Made by a program: the position numbers and the translations under genes
The notes under the pieces: generated by a model
Told to the model about the DNA's origin: nothing
Database searches by the model: none
The model's input: the letters and a program-made list of their open reading frames with translations, nothing else
Virus record (IMG/VR): IMGVR_UViG_3300027747_002439
Location: 54,851-74,850 of that record
Reading direction: 5' to 3' (one strand)
DNA length: 20,000 bases
Source of the DNA: an uncultured virus (IMG/VR IMGVR_UViG_3300027747_002439)
Lineage: Duplodnaviria; Heunggongvirae; Uroviricota; Caudoviricetes
Shown: in pieces, positions 16,200 to 20,000 of the stretch
How the letters are laid out: each line of letters begins with the position of its first letter
Position numbering within the stretch: the stretch's first letter is position 1

Positions 16200-16560
16200 A
16201 GCAAGAATAAGAGGACGAAAAGAGAGAAGAGAGTGAACGAGAATTATTAAAGAAATGGTTGAGAATGGTTGAATATGAGTTGGAGTTGCAGAAGGGTGAA
16301 AAGTAGATACTAAGTGAAAGTGATAGAGCTGGAGATACAAAAGTGCTTAGTAAGGCTCCAGGTCGATACTAAGTGAAAGTAGTGGTTCGAAAAGTTGATT
16401 GCTGCTTAGTATCTTAAATAATCCTAATAATCTGAATATTATAATACTTAAATAGTTAACTATATTTAGTTTACGTGTAGGGAGTTCTCCCTAGGGGCTT
16501 TAGTTTTTATAGTCAAGAATTAAAGAATTAAGATTTTAAGTTGATTTTGGTTGTACTTTG
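16200..16560. other. Putative replication origin / divergent control region
   Basis: Largest non-coding gap, at the strand-switch point; purine-skewed tract, 59-bp-periodic repeats, AT-rich tract, palindromes; TCACCGCR polarity flips here. Confidence 0.55.
16306..16411. repeat. Two units of GATACTAAGTGAAAGT-N22-TGCTTAGTA at 59-bp period
   Basis: 16-mers at 16306-16321 and 16365-16380; 9-mers at 16344-16352 and 16403-16411; TACTAAG/CTTAGTA inverted within each unit. Confidence 0.85.
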
Positions 16561-16608
16561 GTTGGCTATCATGATAAGGTTTTTTATACAAACGATAGGA
16601 GAGACAAA

Positions 16609-16794
16609 GTGTTACTAAAAACTGATTGGGTTGCAATTGTAATTGCTACATTTGGTGTAGCCATAGTTGCATACTACGGCTGGTCAGCAAGAAAAGAAAA
16701 TCCAGTGATGAGGAAGATCCTCTACTCACTGCTTGTCCTTATAACTATCCTGTGGGCACTATGCATCTACATGGTGCTTGAAGTCAATGGATAA
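16609..16794 (+). CDS. Small 2-TM membrane protein
   Basis: AGGAG SD before GTG 16609; two hydrophobic helices separated by a basic loop. Confidence 0.65.
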   Translation: MLLKTDWVAIVIATFGVAIVAYYGWSARKENPVMRKILYSLLVLITILWALCIYMVLEVNG

Positions 16795-17272
16795 AGGAAA
16801 ACCGATGATTGATGATGATGCCCTAAAGGCAATGGGATTATCCTTCGAGGAAGTTGCGGCGGCAGATAAGAAGCTGGTTGCAAAAACTAAGAGCGGTGGT
16901 CGAGATCGACGGGTCTGCGTTTGTGGTCACGCCATGACCAAGCACACGGTCTACTCTGGAATGGTTGACTGCAAGCCAAGTGCTCTGCGTTGTCCCTGCA
17001 AGAAACCTAGAGCTGTCCTTGAGGTAGACGATACTCGTGTGTTCCTTCGTAAGACTGAAGGTGCAGGAGCAATGCATGCCTTAGCTCGTGGAATGTACTC
17101 GAGCATTCAAGCAGGTAAGTCCGTCAAGTGGATTATTGAGCTTGCCTGCGATAGGTGCGGTGAAAAGGCCACGAACGTTATTCCTGTCCCCGTGACTCAA
17201 TCTGGATATGGTGCAGATGAAGCAACTGGCTTTGACGCTCTGTTGTGTCCTACATGTAGAACGGTGGTGTGA
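16787..17272 (+). CDS. Cys-rich multi-zinc-binding protein
   Basis: CVCGH....H, C......CPC, CDRC, CPTC; start uncertain (16787 or 16805). Confidence 0.75.
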   Translation: MDKGKPMIDDDALKAMGLSFEEVAAADKKLVAKTKSGGRDRRVCVCGHAMTKHTVYSGMVDCKPSALRCPCKKPRAVLEVDDTRVFLRKTEGAGAMHALARGMYSSIQAGKSVKWIIELACDRCGEKATNVIPVPVTQSGYGADEATGFDALLCPTCRTVV

Positions 17273-17273
17273 T

Positions 17274-17513
17274 GTGGCTAAGAAGAAAAAGAAGGATCTC
17301 CCTGCGTATGTTCTTATCGAGATGCCAGAGTGGAAAAGTAGAGTACTTAATTATATGCTGATGGTTCTTAATATCCCTGGCCAAGCCTGGGTGATTGCTA
17401 TTGAGGATACGGGATTTACGTATGACGGTGAGTCCTTCACGGACGAAGAGACCGGATTGACAATTAACAAGATTAGCAAGAAGGTGGCAAATGGCGCTAA
17501 GCTCACACTATGA
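17274..17513 (+). CDS. Hypothetical protein
   Basis: ORF 17208..17513; GTG 17274 lies just after the upstream stop. Confidence 0.65.
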   Translation: MAKKKKKDLPAYVLIEMPEWKSRVLNYMLMVLNIPGQAWVIAIEDTGFTYDGESFTDEETGLTINKISKKVANGAKLTL

Positions 17514-17649
17514 AAGAAAGCTAGGTAAGACGGGTAACCGTTGGTTTCATTGTGGTTACTCACATAGACGTCTTGCGCTCGGGATAGCCATTAGCCCAAA
17601 CAACTTTGATCTTGATTTGATCTTTGTCTGGGTGGGCTTTGAGTGGTGA
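17491..17649 (+). CDS. 52-aa hypothetical protein
   Basis: Manual translation MALSSHYERKLGKTGNRWFHCGYSHRRLALGIAISPNNFDLDLIFVWVGFEW; AAGGTGG SD; TGATG coupling to the next gene. Confidence 0.65.
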   Translation: MALSSHYERKLGKTGNRWFHCGYSHRRLALGIAISPNNFDLDLIFVWVGFEW

Positions 17650-18335
17650 TGAAAGAGTTACCGATTGTCAAGGCTGATGTACTTCACTATGACGTCCTGA
17701 TTGCGACGCCAGCATTCTCGTTCGTGCCAGAGTACGTGACGAGTCTCGTTGCCACTACCAGAATGCTCAACGAGAAGGGAATCTCATACCACCTGCTTCA
17801 TAAGTCTGGTTCATTTATCCCAAGTACTCGTGAACAGGTTGCGACAGATTCCTATGGACATAACTGGAAGACCAACGAGATTGGCGGTGGAAAGTACACC
17901 TACAAGAAGATCTTTTGGATTGATTCGGATATCGAGTGGACGCCGGAAGATTTTTTACGTATCTATGATTCAGAGATGGACGTGGTCAGCGGGTTGTACC
18001 AAACCAACCCAAACGGTACAGTAGCGGTTAATCTATCAGATCCACAAGGACGCCCAACACTTGTCAACAAATCTGACTTCCTTCTCCATTGGGAGCCAGT
18101 GGAGGTTGGCGGTGTAGGTTTCGGTTTCGTTGCGATGAAGCATGGAGTCTTTGAAAGTATGAAGAGACCCTGGTTCAAGATCCGCGAGGTCTTCTGGGAA
18201 GAGAACGGTTTTGCGGTGAACATGGGAGAAGACTACTCCTGGTGTGAAGGCGCTAAGGAAGCCGGATATAAGATTTGGGTAGACCCCACCGTTAAGCTGA
18301 AACATCATAAACAAGTGGTGTACGTCGTTGAGTAA
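17649..18335 (+). CDS. GT-A fold (family 2-like) glycosyltransferase
   Basis: VLIATP, FWIDSDI (DxD), VGFGFVAM, GEDYSWC, IWVDP...H.K. Confidence 0.8.
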   Translation: MKELPIVKADVLHYDVLIATPAFSFVPEYVTSLVATTRMLNEKGISYHLLHKSGSFIPSTREQVATDSYGHNWKTNEIGGGKYTYKKIFWIDSDIEWTPEDFLRIYDSEMDVVSGLYQTNPNGTVAVNLSDPQGRPTLVNKSDFLLHWEPVEVGGVGFGFVAMKHGVFESMKRPWFKIREVFWEENGFAVNMGEDYSWCEGAKEAGYKIWVDPTVKLKHHKQVVYVVE

Positions 18336-18540
18336 AGAGCTAAGGAATGAAGAGTGGACTAGTATCCGAGAGGTTATTCCACTTGAAGGTTCCTGTGGAT
18401 TTTGTCGGACCGACACCCATGACTCATGCCCACATGAAATCGCGTGGTACGACAAGTTATGGATCTGCGGTTGTGACTGTAACAAGGGATGGAAGCCAGT
18501 TAACATAGTTGTGAGTAAGAAAACAAAGGAGACAAAATGA
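18328..18540 (+). CDS. Small Cys-rich protein
   Basis: CGFC....HDSC...WICGCDC. Confidence 0.7.
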   Translation: MSKELRNEEWTSIREVIPLEGSCGFCRTDTHDSCPHEIAWYDKLWICGCDCNKGWKPVNIVVSKKTKETK

Positions 18541-18782
18541 ATAGCGATTTTGTAAATGAATTATATAAGGATTTGATTACTGCCCTAGCCCACCCTGGGT
18601 ATCGTCAGCAGGATCTGTACCTTGTACTAAATAAAAAGCTACAAGCATTAGAAGACAAACAGGTTAAAGAACTTACCAAGATGATTAAGCATTGGGAGGC
18701 TGAAGTCCCAGATGACACGACCCTTTACACCTTGGGACTAAGACAGGCGATTGACGTGATTCAAGGAAACGGGCCGCTTTAA
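18537..18782 (+). CDS. Hypothetical protein
   Basis: AAGGAG SD, ATGA coupling; LYTLGLRQAIDVI. Confidence 0.75.
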   Translation: MNSDFVNELYKDLITALAHPGYRQQDLYLVLNKKLQALEDKQVKELTKMIKHWEAEVPDDTTLYTLGLRQAIDVIQGNGPL

Positions 18783-18879
18783 AGAAGCAGTTTACCCGTA
18801 CATTCATATTCTGTTTCTACACAAAGCAGAAGCGAGGTAGTCTCTCTCCTCTTTCCTCCTCAACCTCTCCAACCTGATG

Positions 18880-18920
18880 TAGAATTTCTCCTAGAGTCAA
18901 CCCTGACTCATAAGGAGAAA
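18880..18920 (+). promoter_or_regulatory. -10 element overlapping an SD-sequestering hairpin
   Basis: TAGAAT at 18880-18885; TTTCTCCT (18885-18892) pairs with AGGAGAAA (18913-18920); inner stem GAGTCA/TGACTC. Confidence 0.7.
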
Positions 18921-18922
18921 AC

Positions 18923-19108
18923 ATGACTAACGAACTAAAAGCAATGGCAGCCTCATGGGCTCGTTCATTCCTAGCCGCAGGAATCGCGGTTTATATGGCA
19001 GGAGTAACAAACCCAGCGGATATCGCAAAGGCTGGTCTTGCTGCGATCCTTCCTGTTGTACTTCGCTACCTAAATCCTAATGACGCAGCATTTGGAAGAA
19101 CGAAGTAA
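18923..19108 (+). CDS. Holin-like small membrane protein
   Basis: 61 aa, two hydrophobic helices, W.RSFLA...A.LPVVLRYLNP.D.AFG, basic C-terminus. Confidence 0.6.
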   Translation: MTNELKAMAASWARSFLAAGIAVYMAGVTNPADIAKAGLAAILPVVLRYLNPNDAAFGRTK

Positions 19109-19133
19109 CTAACTTCTAACTCCAAAAAAGAAC

Positions 19134-19188
19134 GAGGCAGACTCCGTGATTAGCCCTCTCCCCAGGTCGCGGAGTCTGTCTCCTTTTT
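19134..19188 (+). terminator. Long intrinsic terminator, possibly bidirectional
   Basis: 18-bp stem (4 G-U) 19134-19151/19165-19182 followed by CTTTTT; A-run upstream. Confidence 0.75.
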
Positions 19189-19210
19189 AAGACGTATGTA
19201 CAATTGAACA

Positions 19211-20000
19211 ATGACGACAGCGAATCTCTTTCCGGTCTCCGATGAGGACGATGACAATGATGCAACCCCCATCATTGAAGATCCTACGAACATCCGACCG
19301 GATCTTGGAGCCTTGGGCATCCTAGAACATTCCCGCGGCGTGTGCGAGGACACGTACGAAAACCGCAGCATCCTGCGCTCCTCACAGATGGGCTGGGATA
19401 CGGTCTACGCCACGAACGGTGTTCCGACCGGTCTCATCCAGGCGCGGTCAAAGGACATGGTCACACAACGCCGGATTCTTTCACTAGCTGAGAAACGTCC
19501 GATCCTGGTAGATCCTAAGAACATGAACAGCGATTATCTAACCGGCCTGGATCTAGTTGCGGAATCGGCGTCCGATCACATAGTTCCTCCCTGGGTTATC
19601 GGCGCGACACGGATGTGGATTAACGAGCAGGACAACCCGATTGCCACCGAGAAGCGTAAGCCGACCGCTCTCCCTCATCGGTGCCGGCAGGTCAAGGACG
19701 ACGCAATCCGCTGCATGCTTTGGAGCAGCGGGCGTCTCAAGGACGATGGACTATGCCGTGTTCACCTACGGCATGTCAAGAAGAATCCAAGCGACGACAT
19801 AGAGCGGGCACGCAAGAAATTAGTTCAGGCTGCTCCCTATGCGGTAGACGTTCTAGAGGATCTCATGAACTCCGCGGTTTCAGAGCCGGTAAGATTAAAA
19901 GCATCTACGGAGATTTTAGATCGCGCGGGAGTAAGAGGCGGTATAGAGTTAGACGGTAACATCAACGTCACGGACGGCAGGTCCGCGGCAGATATTATTT
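19211..20000 (+). CDS. Putative terminase small subunit-like protein (partial, open at window end)
   Basis: Manual translation is open from ATG 19211 to the end: C-x9-C-x13-C-x2-H zinc finger, then ARKKLVQAAPYAVDVLEDLMNSAVSEPVRLKASTEILDRAG; TACAAT 6 nt upstream. Missing from the ORF track. Confidence 0.6.
   Translation, partial: MTTANLFPVSDEDDDNDATPIIEDPTNIRPDLGALGILEHSRGVCEDTYENRSILRSSQMGWDTVYATNGVPTGLIQARSKDMVTQRRILSLAEKRPILVDPKNMNSDYLTGLDLVAESASDHIVPPWVIGATRMWINEQDNPIATEKRKPTALPHRCRQVKDDAIRCMLWSSGRLKDDGLCRVHLRHVKKNPSDDIERARKKLVQAAPYAVDVLEDLMNSAVSEPVRLKASTEILDRAGVRGGIELDGNINVTDGRSAADII

Noticed and set aside
16017..16340. ORF 16017..16340 on -
   Set aside because: TTG start, compositionally biased by the purine tract, and overlaps 15917..16168 in another frame.
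16306..16411. Mini-CRISPR or guide-RNA array
   Set aside because: Only two units, a 16-bp repeat, and no cas or other effector gene in the window; better explained as protein-binding sites.
19681..19959. ORFs 19681..19959 (+) and 19150..19371 (-)
   Set aside because: Alternative frames overlapping the longer motif-bearing ORF that starts at 19211.

Overview
Gene-dense segment of a large tailed phage most likely infecting an actinobacterium. Supporting genes are two WhiB factors, DUF3039, an FmdB zinc ribbon, a monomeric class II ribonucleotide reductase, a tRNA-Gly(GCC), glycine-rich fibre-like proteins, holin-like proteins and a terminase-small-subunit-like ORF running off the right end. 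Genes are on + from 211-10182, on - from 10184-16168, and on + again from 16609. Main non-coding observations: (i) the octamer TCACCGCR is strongly over-represented, strand-polarised, and flips orientation at a non-coding, repeat-containing AT-rich region (16200-16560) that looks like a replication origin; (ii) a roughly 215-nt promoter-driven intergenic RNA (507-723) can adopt two mutually exclusive folds; (iii) a hairpin occludes the SD of a holin-like gene and has a promoter inside its 5' arm; (iv) leaderless promoters are widespread (-10 hexamer 6-7 nt before ATG). All family calls are by-eye motif recognition; no database search was run.
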